Origin: a candidate division WWE3 bacterium CSP1-7
GTDB lineage: Bacteria > Patescibacteriota > WWE3 > 9FT-COMBO-53-11
NCBI GenBank assembly: GCA_001443395.1
Contig: LDXK01000001.1
Span: 128,001 to 192,000, forward strand
Direction: 5' to 3'
Length of the DNA stretch: 64,000 nucleotides
The notes beneath the pieces were generated by a model. It was not told the origin of the DNA and made no database searches. It saw only the letters and a program-made list of their open reading frames with translations. The position numbers and the translations under genes are program-made. This document shows positions 37,900-46,723 of the stretch, in pieces. The stretch's first letter is position 1. Each line of letters opens with the position of its first letter.

Positions 37900-38628
37900 C
37901 TAGAAGGATGGGGCTAATTCAGTTAGGAGTTGGGATAAATGTCTAACCTGTGGGACAACCACTGGATAGTTGAGGCGGGCCGGCCCCAAAACCGCGACCA
38001 CTCCCCCTTTCTGCCCGTTGCCCCAGTGAGAAAAAACCAAACCGACCGGCTCCAGGTTCGCCACTCCCAGCTCCCTCCCAATCAGAACCGTGACCGCTTT
38101 GGGATCGGAGGCGCGGGAAAAGAGATCCTGCAGGAGATCAAAACTGTCCAAAAGGTTCAGCGCCGCTCGGGTCACGTTGATATCAAAGAATTCAGGATGC
38201 TCCAAGACGTTTTTCGTGCCGGCGTGGAAAACCGTTCCTTCATGTGTGGTGACAATGCCGATGTAGCCGGCGGCTTCCGCCAGGGCCAGGGCCGCTTCCC
38301 GCAGCATCCGCCCGGAACTCTGCCGGTACTGAAAAAGGCGCTGTTTCAGCGCCACTTCCTGCAAAACCGGAATCGCCTGCTCCTGCATTAATGAGGTCAG
38401 GAAATAGCGTAGCCCCAACTCGGAGGGGCGGCGGCCGGCGGAAGAGTGTTCCTTTTCGATAAATCCCTCCCGATGCAGGATCGCCATCTCGTTCCGCACC
38501 GTCGCCGGCGAGAAAGCAAACTGGCGCTTTTCGGTCAGATCCTCCGAACCGATCGGCTGGGCACCGGCAATAAATTCCTCAATGATTGCTTTCAAAATGT
38601 CGACCTGTCTCGCAGTGAGTTCCGCCAT
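37900..38628 (-). CDS. hrcA: Heat-inducible transcription repressor HrcA (short form)
   Basis: RQVDILKAIIEEFI...PIGS, SPATVRNEM, HSSAGRRP and LGPARLNY. Confidence 0.93.
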   Translation of the reverse strand: MAELTARQVDILKAIIEEFIAGAQPIGSEDLTEKRQFAFSPATVRNEMAILHREGFIEKEHSSAGRRPSELGLRYFLTSLMQEQAIPVLQEVALKQRLFQYRQSSGRMLREAALALAEAAGYIGIVTTHEGTVFHAGTKNVLEHPEFFDINVTRAALNLLDSFDLLQDLFSRASDPKAVTVLIGRELGVANLEPVGLVFSHWGNGQKGGVVAVLGPARLNYPVVVPQVRHLSQLLTELAPSF

Positions 38629-38632
38629 GTTG

Positions 38633-38659
38633 TTAGCATTTTAACCAAATGATTGATAA
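38633..38659. promoter_or_regulatory. Degenerate CIRCE operator upstream of hrcA
   Basis: TTAGCATTT-N9-GATTGATAA versus consensus TTAGCACTC-N9-GAGTGCTAA (7/9 in each arm), 5 bp from the hrcA start. Confidence 0.6.
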
Positions 38660-38676
38660 AAAAGCAAAAATAAACA

Positions 38677-38711
38677 AACCCGAAGGGTTAAAATCCGCAA
38701 CCCTTCGGGTT
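38677..38711 (-). terminator. Intrinsic terminator
   Basis: AACCCGAAGGGTT/AACCCTTCGGGTT stem with a T-rich tail on the minus strand, after 38726..39316. Confidence 0.7.
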
Positions 38712-38725
38712 AGAACGCTCATTCA

Positions 38726-39316
38726 TCAACGTCGGGCAAAGAGATCCAAGAAAACGACATGGCTAGGAACTTCGGACAGAAGAAGTACTTCGAATCCGGC
38801 TTCTCGCGCCAATCGCGCCAACTCCTCAGCGTGGTAGTAGGCGGAGAAAGTCCCTTTCTCGTTGAACCCCTGCCCTTCTCCCTCCTTCACACTCAGGTAG
38901 AGGAAGCCGCCGGGAGATAGGACTCGGTGGATCTCCCGCATCGTCGCCAGTGCTTCCCGGTGCGGAATGTGCAAGAAGGAAGCACACGCCCAGGCCCCAT
39001 GAAATGATCCGGCCGCAAATCCTAACCGGCGGATGTCCATCTGGACAAACCGGGCCCGCGGGACCAGGCTCTGGGCGATGTCGAGGAGTTCGGACGAGAG
39101 ATCTACTCCCGTCACCTCACAACCCATCTCCCTAAAAGACTTCGCGTCCCGGCCGGGTCCGCAGCCTAGATCCAACACGCGCGTCCCGACCAAGTTCGTC
39201 GAAAAGAGCTCGCGCTGCCGAGCCATCACGGAGGAATCCAACCAATGGGAGGCGTATTCCTCGGCAGACTCGTCGTAGCGCCGGATGGTTTCAGCCACCG
39301 GATCGGACAGTGCCAT
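38726..39316 (-). CDS. Class I SAM-dependent methyltransferase
   Basis: VLDLGCGPGRD, GVDLS, WACASFLH and LSPGG. Confidence 0.9.
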   Translation of the reverse strand: MALSDPVAETIRRYDESAEEYASHWLDSSVMARQRELFSTNLVGTRVLDLGCGPGRDAKSFREMGCEVTGVDLSSELLDIAQSLVPRARFVQMDIRRLGFAAGSFHGAWACASFLHIPHREALATMREIHRVLSPGGFLYLSVKEGEGQGFNEKGTFSAYYHAEELARLAREAGFEVLLLSEVPSHVVFLDLFARR

Positions 39317-39392
39317 GATGGTCTCCTCTCCTTCATCAAGGACAACAAATCCAGCATAGATTAGTTTCGAAAAAAAGCAAGGGAGATCGCGG

Positions 39393-39848
39393 TTAAAGTT
39401 CCCGCACCTCGTGGGAAATTAGGGTGGTGTTGTCGCGAAAAGTAAACTTTCCTTCGAAGCGCTTCCCTTCTAAAAGCAGCGGCAGCCAATGAGGATCATC
39501 TTTCCACATCGCATCGTAAGGAATCTCTTCCACGAAGAACCACCGCGGCGCCATTTCCTCGGTCTCGGCCGGTTCTCCCTCAAAGTCTTCGGCCCGAAAT
39601 ACATGCACGTCCCAGTCGGGAGTCTCCCCGTCCTCAAAGAAGAAGTGCAGAATCCCATGGTGAACCGGGTCCTTGAGAACAACCCCGATCTCCTCCCGAG
39701 TCTCTCGCAGAACGGCTTCCAACGGCGACTCCCCCGCTTCGATTTTTCCCCCGTATCCATTCCACCAACCCTTCCCAAAACTGCGCTTCTTCATCGCCAA
39801 GAGGACGCGATTATTTTTGATGATAAATCCCAAAACAGCCGGGGTCAT
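39393..39848 (-). CDS. NUDIX hydrolase, MTH1/8-oxo-dGTPase-like
   Basis: KKRSFGKGWWNGYGGK, NUDIX box GES..EA..RETREE, ETEEMAP and MWKDD. Confidence 0.9.
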   Translation of the reverse strand: MTPAVLGFIIKNNRVLLAMKKRSFGKGWWNGYGGKIEAGESPLEAVLRETREEIGVVLKDPVHHGILHFFFEDGETPDWDVHVFRAEDFEGEPAETEEMAPRWFFVEEIPYDAMWKDDPHWLPLLLEGKRFEGKFTFRDNTTLISHEVREL

Positions 39849-39860
39849 AATGTATTAATT

Positions 39861-41564
39861 CTAAACCAAAAACGCCGCGGGCGGCATCTCCACTCTGCCA
39901 AATTTCGCCAACTTCTTTTTACCTTTCTTCTGCTCCTGCAGCTTTTTCATTTTCCGTTCCACGTGCCCGCCCGAGAGTTTAGCGAGAACATCCTTGCGGA
40001 CGGCAGAAATATCTTCCCGCGCCAGGATTTTCCCGGCCGATCGCGCCTGAATGGCGTAGGCAAACAACTGCCGCGGCAAAATTTCCTTCAGCTTCTTTAG
40101 TTTTTCGCGCCCCATCCGTTCCGCTTCGTCTCGGAGAACAATCTCGGTTAGGCCTTCTACCAGGTCCTCGTGGACAAGAATATCCAATTCAACCAGAGGA
40201 GCGGACCGGTAGTCCAAAAACTCCCAGGACAAGGAGGCATAGCCGTGCGAGATACTCTTCAATGCATCATAGAAACCGCGCACGAATTCCAAGAGCGGCA
40301 GCTCCGCGGAAAATTTGAGCCGATTCCCCAGAGTTTCCGTCTCCCCCAACTTTCCCCGCCGCTCCGCCACCAGCCGCGCCACTCTTGCCAGATATTCCGA
40401 AGGGGTGAGAACAGTGAGGAGGATCCAGGGCTCCTCTTCCAACCCCCGGAAAGATACTGTTGGCTTGGTCACCACCAACTCCAGCCCAAACTCCCGCGTC
40501 AGCCGCTCCCTCACGATCTCAAGATGAAAAGTCCCCAAAAACCCGATCCGAAATCCCCGGCCAAAGGCGGTGGAAGAAATTTCCTCGATCGAAATCGCCG
40601 GCTCCTCGAGCCGGAGGGTTTGGAGCGCGCGGCGGAACTCCGCAAAATCGGAATTCTTGGCAAAGAAAGAGGCAAAGACATAAGACTGGGGCGGCTGGTA
40701 ACCAGGCAACGCGGTTGTCTGGTTAGTCAAAACAACGGTGTCGCCGACCCGGACCTCTCGCGGATCACGGATTCCGGTCGCAATCGAGCCGATCTCTCCG
40801 GTCCGCAGAGCGAAAGTCGGTTTTCGGTCGGGGGAAAAATAGCCAATCTCCTTGACTTGAGCCGAGGCTTTGGTACCCAAAAACTTAACGGTCGGACGAT
40901 TCGCGGACTCAATTTCTCCATCAACCACCCGTACGTAGGCGATCGTTCCCAAATGCGGATCGAAGGTAGAATCAAAAACCAGTGCCCGGAATGGTTCGAT
41001 AAGCTTGCCTTGCGGCGGCGGGATTCTTTCCACCACGGCTCGCAAAACTTCATCAATTCCCTCACCCTCAAGAGCGGAGAGCCGCAGGATTTCTCCTTCG
41101 ATTCCCAAATCTCGCAACTCCTTTTCGGTTTCGGGGATCCGCGCCAATGGCGAATCAATTTTGTTGATCACGCCAACCACCGCCAGCCCTAACTCGCGAG
41201 CCGTCTCCAGGTGAGAGAGCGTCTGGGCCTGAACTCCTTGAGTGGCATCCACCAACAGAAGGACTCCCTCGCAGGCCGCCAGGGAGCGGGATACCTCGTA
41301 GGAGAAATCGGCGTGGCCGGGGGTGTCAATCATGTTGAGAGAATATTTGGCGGATAGCAGCTCAAAGGGGAGGCGGACGGCTTTTAGTTTGATGGTCACT
41401 CCCCGCTCCGTTTCCAGCTCCATCCGGTCGATCCGGGGGGTTTCCGTCTCGGCCGGGGGAAGCAGGCCCGTCCTCTCCATCAACCGATCAGCCAGGGTGG
41501 ACTTGCCGTGGTCAATGTGAGCGATGATCGCAAAATTGCGGATGTTAGCTGTGGACGTGCTCAT
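39861..41564 (-). CDS. lepA: Elongation factor 4
   Basis: IRNFAIIAHIDHGKSTLADRL, DTPGHADFSYEVSRSLAACEG and RKDVLAK...KKGKKK. Confidence 0.96.
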   Translation of the reverse strand: MSTSTANIRNFAIIAHIDHGKSTLADRLMERTGLLPPAETETPRIDRMELETERGVTIKLKAVRLPFELLSAKYSLNMIDTPGHADFSYEVSRSLAACEGVLLLVDATQGVQAQTLSHLETARELGLAVVGVINKIDSPLARIPETEKELRDLGIEGEILRLSALEGEGIDEVLRAVVERIPPPQGKLIEPFRALVFDSTFDPHLGTIAYVRVVDGEIESANRPTVKFLGTKASAQVKEIGYFSPDRKPTFALRTGEIGSIATGIRDPREVRVGDTVVLTNQTTALPGYQPPQSYVFASFFAKNSDFAEFRRALQTLRLEEPAISIEEISSTAFGRGFRIGFLGTFHLEIVRERLTREFGLELVVTKPTVSFRGLEEEPWILLTVLTPSEYLARVARLVAERRGKLGETETLGNRLKFSAELPLLEFVRGFYDALKSISHGYASLSWEFLDYRSAPLVELDILVHEDLVEGLTEIVLRDEAERMGREKLKKLKEILPRQLFAYAIQARSAGKILAREDISAVRKDVLAKLSGGHVERKMKKLQEQKKGKKKLAKFGRVEMPPAAFLV

Positions 41565-43245
41565 GCTCTTCCGCCGCGGCGGGAACGATCGGCTTCCGGA
41601 AGCGGGTGATCCGCCGCCCTATCTGGGAGAAAATGGAAAGCTCCCGAACCCCCAGCAGCCGGCAAACCAATAGGTAAACCCCCACCCCCACCGCCCCCAC
41701 AAACCCGGTCAGCATTATCAGGTTCTTGGTGTAGCGAGTGTCCAAGACAAAGGCCGACCATTCATCAGGAAGAGCAAAGCTCCCCAAGAAAGAGAGACCC
41801 CGGTCCCAGGCCGAGCGGTCGAAAACCTTCAGGACGACGTACATCACCAGGCCGGAAACCAGAGCGGCCGCCCCTACCCTGAGACCGGGGAGGATAAAAT
41901 CCCGGAGAGAGAAACCGTTCCGCCGCGCCAGAATCACCCCCAGCACGGCGGCTTGGATCAGCGCCGAAAAGGCGAACGAAGCGGCCAGGCCCCAAACCGG
42001 CAGTCCCAGGACCAGGATGGCGTAGGCCGAGAGGGAGATGTTCAGCACCACGTTGGTCATTTCTACCTTCATCGGAGTGAGGGTGTCGGAAAGAGCATAA
42101 AAGGCCCGAACGAAGTAGGTCGTCAGCGCCTGCCCCAGAATCCCGATGGCGAAGAGGGAGAGAGCGTAGCCGGTGAGAACGGTCGAATCCCAGGTGGATC
42201 GGGCGGCGCCGAAGGCCAGCCGGACCAACGGAATTCGCAAAACAGCGAGGGCCGCCGCCGCCGGCAGGATCAGGAAGATGATCTGGCGGAATGTGGTGAA
42301 AAAAGTTTCCCGAAACTCTTCCCTCTTCCCGGCTCGGTGGGAGAGGGCCGGCAGGGTGGCGTCCGCCAGGGCGAAGCCGAAGAGGGAAACCGGAAGCATC
42401 CCGAGGTGAAAGGCGAAGGTCAGGTATCCGTAAGAGGGGGTGGTGATCAGCGAGGCGAGGAAGAGATCCGAGGCCTTCAGCAGCTGGTTGGAGAGCAGAT
42501 CCAGCACCCGCGGAGCCGCGAGCTTGATGATCCGCCTGACCCCGGGGTGGCGGAAATCCAACGACCCCACCGGCCGGAATCCCAACTTCACCGCCAGCGG
42601 AAGCTGAATCACCAGATGCAACAGAGCGCCTATCACCGCTCCCCAGGCGGGAGCGTAGATCCCCAACGTCTTAGAAAGGAACACGATTCCGAGAATGATT
42701 GACAGATTGTAGAAGACCGGCGCCAAGGCCGGTACCAGAAACCGCTGGTAGGACTTCAGGATTCCGGTCAGAAAGGAGGAAATAACGAACAGCCCCTGGG
42801 TGAGCAGAAGCACCCGCGTTAGCTGAGCCATCTGTGTGATCTCGGCGGGATTGAATCCGGGGGCGACGACCGCCGAGAAAGGCCGGGCAAAAACAAAAAC
42901 CAGCACCGCCAGCCCCAAAAAGAGCAGGAGGGCGAGGTTCACCGCGATCCCCGCCACCCGCCAACCCTCCGCTTCCTTCCGGCGGGAAATGTACGAGATA
43001 AAAGTGGGGATGAACGCTGAGGAGAGCGCACCCATGATCAGAACATCGAACAGGGTGTCGGGAAGGCGAAAGGCCGCGAAATAGATGGAGATGTCGTTGC
43101 CGAAGAAGTAGTGAGCGAGGGCTCGGTCCCGAACCAGTCCCAACACCCGCGAAACCAAAATCGAGCCGCTCAGAACCACGGCCGCGGAGAGAATATCAAC
43201 TTGGCGGGAAAAGAGAAAATCCCGAGCCTTACGGAATAGCCACAT
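41545..43245 (-). CDS. murJ: Lipid II flippase MurJ
   Basis: SRVLGLVRD, AAFRLPD, SSAFIP and RAFYAL.DT.TP; many TMs. Confidence 0.93.
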   Translation of the reverse strand: MWLFRKARDFLFSRQVDILSAAVVLSGSILVSRVLGLVRDRALAHYFFGNDISIYFAAFRLPDTLFDVLIMGALSSAFIPTFISYISRRKEAEGWRVAGIAVNLALLLFLGLAVLVFVFARPFSAVVAPGFNPAEITQMAQLTRVLLLTQGLFVISSFLTGILKSYQRFLVPALAPVFYNLSIILGIVFLSKTLGIYAPAWGAVIGALLHLVIQLPLAVKLGFRPVGSLDFRHPGVRRIIKLAAPRVLDLLSNQLLKASDLFLASLITTPSYGYLTFAFHLGMLPVSLFGFALADATLPALSHRAGKREEFRETFFTTFRQIIFLILPAAAALAVLRIPLVRLAFGAARSTWDSTVLTGYALSLFAIGILGQALTTYFVRAFYALSDTLTPMKVEMTNVVLNISLSAYAILVLGLPVWGLAASFAFSALIQAAVLGVILARRNGFSLRDFILPGLRVGAAALVSGLVMYVVLKVFDRSAWDRGLSFLGSFALPDEWSAFVLDTRYTKNLIMLTGFVGAVGVGVYLLVCRLLGVRELSIFSQIGRRITRFRKPIVPAAAEEHEHVHS

Positions 43246-43270
43246 GCGATAAAATGCTAACATAACACTG

Positions 43271-43498
43271 ATGCCACACCTGAAAAGTGCCTACAAAAAC
43301 CTTCGCAAGAGCCGCCGCAAAACGGTCATCAATCTGAAGGCCAAAAATAACCTGAAGAAAGCTCTCAAGGGACCGCTGACGCTCAAAACATCCGCCGCGG
43401 TCACAAAAGCGATTGACAAGGCCGCCAAACGCGGCATTATCTCCGACAACAAAGCGGCTCGGCTGAAAAGCAATTTGAGCAAAAAGATTAAAAAATAA
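43271..43498 (+). CDS. rpsT: 30S ribosomal protein S20
   Basis: MPHLKSAYK...IDKAAKRGII..NKAARLKS. Confidence 0.93.
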   Translation: MPHLKSAYKNLRKSRRKTVINLKAKNNLKKALKGPLTLKTSAAVTKAIDKAAKRGIISDNKAARLKSNLSKKIKK

Positions 43499-43570
43499 TG
43501 GACGGCCGCCTGCGGCGACCTAGATTCGGTGAATGGCCGAATAACGGCCGCCTGCGGCGATCTAACATTT
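43498..43570. repeat. Two GAC/TAR-family hairpins (REP-like family 1)
   Basis: ACGGCCGCCTGCGGCGA occurs twice (43502-43518 and 43544-43560). Confidence 0.8.
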
Positions 43571-43582
43571 TGAAGAGACAAA

Positions 43583-44143
43583 ATGGCAGAGCCAACACCC
43601 TCGACCGCCAAGGAAAGCATTGAACTCCTTCCTCCTCTAACCAAAACCGGGAAAGCCAAAGTCATCTCCTTTTGGGCGCGCACCGCCGGCATTCCTTTGA
43701 TTATTATTCTGCAGCTGACTTTTTTGGGAATTTTTTCTTTCCGGGCAAAGCTGGGAATGGATCTGTTAAAGCTCTCTACATCGGTGGTCGAGAAAGAAAA
43801 GATCGTGGCGGATGCCGCCGATTTCGAACAAACCTTCCGCAAAACCCAGCGCAAGCTGGAACAGATCGCTCAGGTCGGGAATGGGCTTTGCGTTTCCTGT
43901 ACCATCGAAACCCTCAACAAAATCAAGCCTGCCGCCGTAATCCTGAACACCCTCAGCTTGGAAGGAGAGAAAATTCAGTTGATTGCGGAAACGCCGCAGG
44001 GCCTGACTTTCGCCACCTTCGTTACCAACATCATTAAAGATGAAGGAATTCGCGAGGCCCTCATCACTTCAGGGAGCCTCAACCGGGAAGGAAACTTTGT
44101 CTTCACGATGGAACTGGTTATGGACAAGGACAAGATTAAATAA
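43583..44143 (+). CDS. PilN-like type IV pilus alignment protein
   Basis: IELLP motif, single TM, coiled coil and ferredoxin-like C-terminal pattern. Confidence 0.65.
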   Translation: MAEPTPSTAKESIELLPPLTKTGKAKVISFWARTAGIPLIIILQLTFLGIFSFRAKLGMDLLKLSTSVVEKEKIVADAADFEQTFRKTQRKLEQIAQVGNGLCVSCTIETLNKIKPAAVILNTLSLEGEKIQLIAETPQGLTFATFVTNIIKDEGIREALITSGSLNREGNFVFTMELVMDKDKIK

Positions 44144-44161
44144 ATGAGATGATTGGTTACT

Positions 44162-44244
44162 TTTGCAAAGCAAAATTGCAACCGAGCGTAGCGAGGACAG
44201 CACATTTGCAAAGCAAAATTGCAACCGAGCGTAGCGAGGACAGC
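44162..44244. repeat. Tandem duplication of REP-like family 2 unit
   Basis: TTTGCAAAGCAAAATTGCAACCGAGCGTAGCGAGGACAGCAC repeated twice. Confidence 0.9.
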
Positions 44245-44258
44245 ACTACTACTAAAAG

Positions 44259-44837
44259 ATGATTGGTTACTACTACTATTTGACAAAAATAAGGCCTTAT
44301 TTCACCCAAACCGAGAAGACGGACTACACCCTAATCGCTTTCTCGCTGTTAACGGTTCTGGTTTTTGGATTTTTGGGTATCCGGCCGCTGGCGGCGGCGG
44401 CGCTGAAAGCCTACGCCCAGCTCCGGGAGGGCGAGCGCTACGAGAACGAGCTGACTGAAAAAATTATTGCCCTCAACCAGGCTGGGAATTCTTTCTTCTC
44501 TTCCGCCGAAGTCTCCCAGCTCGGAACCATTATTCCGGAAGGCCACACCCAACCCCAGATCATCCAGGCGTTGGACAACGATGCCGTTTCGGCCGGCTTT
44601 CAGCTGAAGTCGGTGGTCTTTCGCCCCCAAGAAAAAACGGTCTCCCAGAGGGAGATTAATTTTTATGTTTTTGACTTTTTCGCCTCCGGTCCCCAAAAGT
44701 CCCTGGTCGCTTTTATCAAAGAGCTGGAGAAGGGTCAGTTGATCCAAATCGAGTTTTTCCAAACTTCGCTCCGCCGGGAAGAGGGGGGTACCTCGTTGGA
44801 GGTTGTCGGGCGGGGAAAGGCGTTCTATCTGCAATGA
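44259..44837 (+). CDS. PilO-like type IV pilus protein
   Basis: TM followed by IRP, coiled coil, IP, then G....L..FI.ELE pattern; follows the PilN-like gene. Confidence 0.65.
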   Translation: MIGYYYYLTKIRPYFTQTEKTDYTLIAFSLLTVLVFGFLGIRPLAAAALKAYAQLREGERYENELTEKIIALNQAGNSFFSSAEVSQLGTIIPEGHTQPQIIQALDNDAVSAGFQLKSVVFRPQEKTVSQREINFYVFDFFASGPQKSLVAFIKELEKGQLIQIEFFQTSLRREEGGTSLEVVGRGKAFYLQ

Positions 44838-44998
44838 CCAAGGAATTGGGAATCATTTTGACCTTAACTCTGATCGCGGTCCTGTCTTGGGTCGGTTGGC
44901 TCTTTTTTGAGGGCGCCAGCGGACTGGACCAAATCGACTATTCGAAAAAGGTGATCGAACCGCTCAACCCGATCCTGCGCACCGACATTCTTCAATAA
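44834..44998 (+). CDS. Small membrane protein (54 aa; not in ORF track)
   Basis: ATGA overlap with the PilO-like stop; MTKELGIILTLTLIAVLSWVGW...IEPLNPIL. Confidence 0.65.
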   Translation: MTKELGIILTLTLIAVLSWVGWLFFEGASGLDQIDYSKKVIEPLNPILRTDILQ

Positions 44999-44999
44999 T

Positions 45000-45659
45000 C
45001 TACCCAATAATACGGTGAATTAAGAGGTCCAGAGGCCGCTTCCTACCCTGCTTGCGGTGGCGGTCTTCCTCCAGGACGGCGGAGAGAGAACGGCGCAGTT
45101 CATCCAGACTCCAATCGCCCGTATATTTCTGAAGCTTCTGGACGACATAGGGATTGATGCCCCTCACTGCCTTGCTCTTCACCCGCACCAGTGATCGCAG
45201 CTGCCAGACAATCATTTTCAAAATGAAATCAAAATCCTGGCCCTCCTGGAGAAGCCGCCGCGCTTGGATCATGGCGTTCTTACGACGGCGGCCGACGATC
45301 GCATCCAAAAGCGGAAAAACGTTTTTAGGAATCTGGGGATCAAAAAAGAAGACCTTTGCGCCGGAAAATTTATCTAATTCTCCGGGCGGAAGGCGGTGCG
45401 GAAAAACCAGAGCCAGGTCCTGCACTCCCTTCTCCCATTCCGAAAGCCGGGGTTTGGAAAGTTCTTTCAAAGGCGGTTCCTCCCAGATGACAAGTTGGCG
45501 TTGATTGGATCTTTCAAAAAGGGAGGATGAAACAAGTCTCTGCGCGAGTCCTTTCGAATCTTTTTCTTCCCAGAAGAGGGCGGAACCGTACTGGTGCTTA
45601 AACCTCAACAGGTTTTCCCGAAGTACCGGCTGGTCCTCTCCGTGGAAGACAAAAATCAC
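45000..45659 (-). CDS. holA: DNA polymerase III delta subunit-like (short)
   Basis: MIFVFHGED N-terminus; VFPLLDAI, WQLR, INPYV..K and D...KQG collar motifs. Confidence 0.75.
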   Translation of the reverse strand: MIFVFHGEDQPVLRENLLRFKHQYGSALFWEEKDSKGLAQRLVSSSLFERSNQRQLVIWEEPPLKELSKPRLSEWEKGVQDLALVFPHRLPPGELDKFSGAKVFFFDPQIPKNVFPLLDAIVGRRRKNAMIQARRLLQEGQDFDFILKMIVWQLRSLVRVKSKAVRGINPYVVQKLQKYTGDWSLDELRRSLSAVLEEDRHRKQGRKRPLDLLIHRIIG

Positions 45660-46723
45660 GGTTTGCCCCCCGAGTCGGCTCCGGAATTAGTGCCAAAGAA
45701 AAGCTTCTGCACCGCCGCTTGGATCTTGGTGTAGTAGGTTTCCCCCTCCTTGGGAACGATCACGTAACCAATTCCGTACAATGAATTGTCGGGGTGGTAA
45801 ACCAATCCCGAGTCGGGGTCGAGAACCAAGCTCTTAATCTGGGGGATCTCCCCGAGCTTGGCCCCAACTTCCAGCGCACGTTTGATCTCGCCGAAACTGG
45901 CATTGGTCCTAACGGCGGTAGTGATCTGCTGGTACAACTTGCTCAACTTGCTGGGATTAAGCAAAAGATCCAGCGACATAACCTTTTCCTTCACGGCCAC
46001 AATTACTTTCTGCTGGCGACGGGCCCGATCAAAATCGCCCAGAGCGGTGCCGTGTCGCGAACGGGCGAACTCCAGGGCTTTTTCTCCGTTCATAACCTGC
46101 GTTCCTTTTTTGAAGCTGATGCACTTGTAGCCGTAATTGGGGGTCGGGTAGGCACAATCCTTAAAAGCGGTATCCACGGTCACGCTTATTCCTCCCAAAG
46201 TATCAATGATCTCCTTGAAACCCTCAAAGTTCACCACCACCCAGTAAGGGATCTTAATTCCTAGGACTTCCTCTATTTTTGACTTTGAAAAATCCACTCC
46301 CTTTTGGATATCGAACTTTCCATCCTTTTTGATACCTCCGTAGTTATAGACCGTGGTTATCTTTACCCGGTTAGGAATTTTTACCATGAAGTCGCGCGGG
46401 ATTGAAATCAGAGCCGGGTCACCCTCCAAGATAGAAATCGAACCCACCAAAATTGTGTCGGTCAGGCCACTGAAACCATCTGTTCTCGTGTCTAGACCCA
46501 AAACCAGCACGTTCACCCGGCCATCAACTTCGACTAGTTTCGTTGGTTCAAGCAGCTGGGCAAAAAAAGAAACCGGGGCCAGCAGGCTCTGCACAAAAGG
46601 GGTCCGGGAAAACGCCAACAGGCCTCCGCCCAGCACCAGCAGGATCGCCAGCGGGACCAGCCAGCGCTTTAGCTTTCGGCCCCGTTTCGGCCGATGGGCA
46701 TCGAGATCAAGATACTTTGTCAT
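45656..46723 (-). CDS. LCP (LytR-CpsA-Psr) family cell-wall ligase
   Basis: NVLVLGLD, TDTI, ISIPRD, VNFEGF..IIDTLGG, ARSR and DFDRARRQQ. Confidence 0.95.
   Translation of the reverse strand: MTKYLDLDAHRPKRGRKLKRWLVPLAILLVLGGGLLAFSRTPFVQSLLAPVSFFAQLLEPTKLVEVDGRVNVLVLGLDTRTDGFSGLTDTILVGSISILEGDPALISIPRDFMVKIPNRVKITTVYNYGGIKKDGKFDIQKGVDFSKSKIEEVLGIKIPYWVVVNFEGFKEIIDTLGGISVTVDTAFKDCAYPTPNYGYKCISFKKGTQVMNGEKALEFARSRHGTALGDFDRARRQQKVIVAVKEKVMSLDLLLNPSKLSKLYQQITTAVRTNASFGEIKRALEVGAKLGEIPQIKSLVLDPDSGLVYHPDNSLYGIGYVIVPKEGETYYTKIQAAVQKLFFGTNSGADSGGKP

Noticed and set aside
44162-44244. CRISPR array
   Set aside because: Only two abutting units without a spacer; no cas genes; the same core is dispersed elsewhere.
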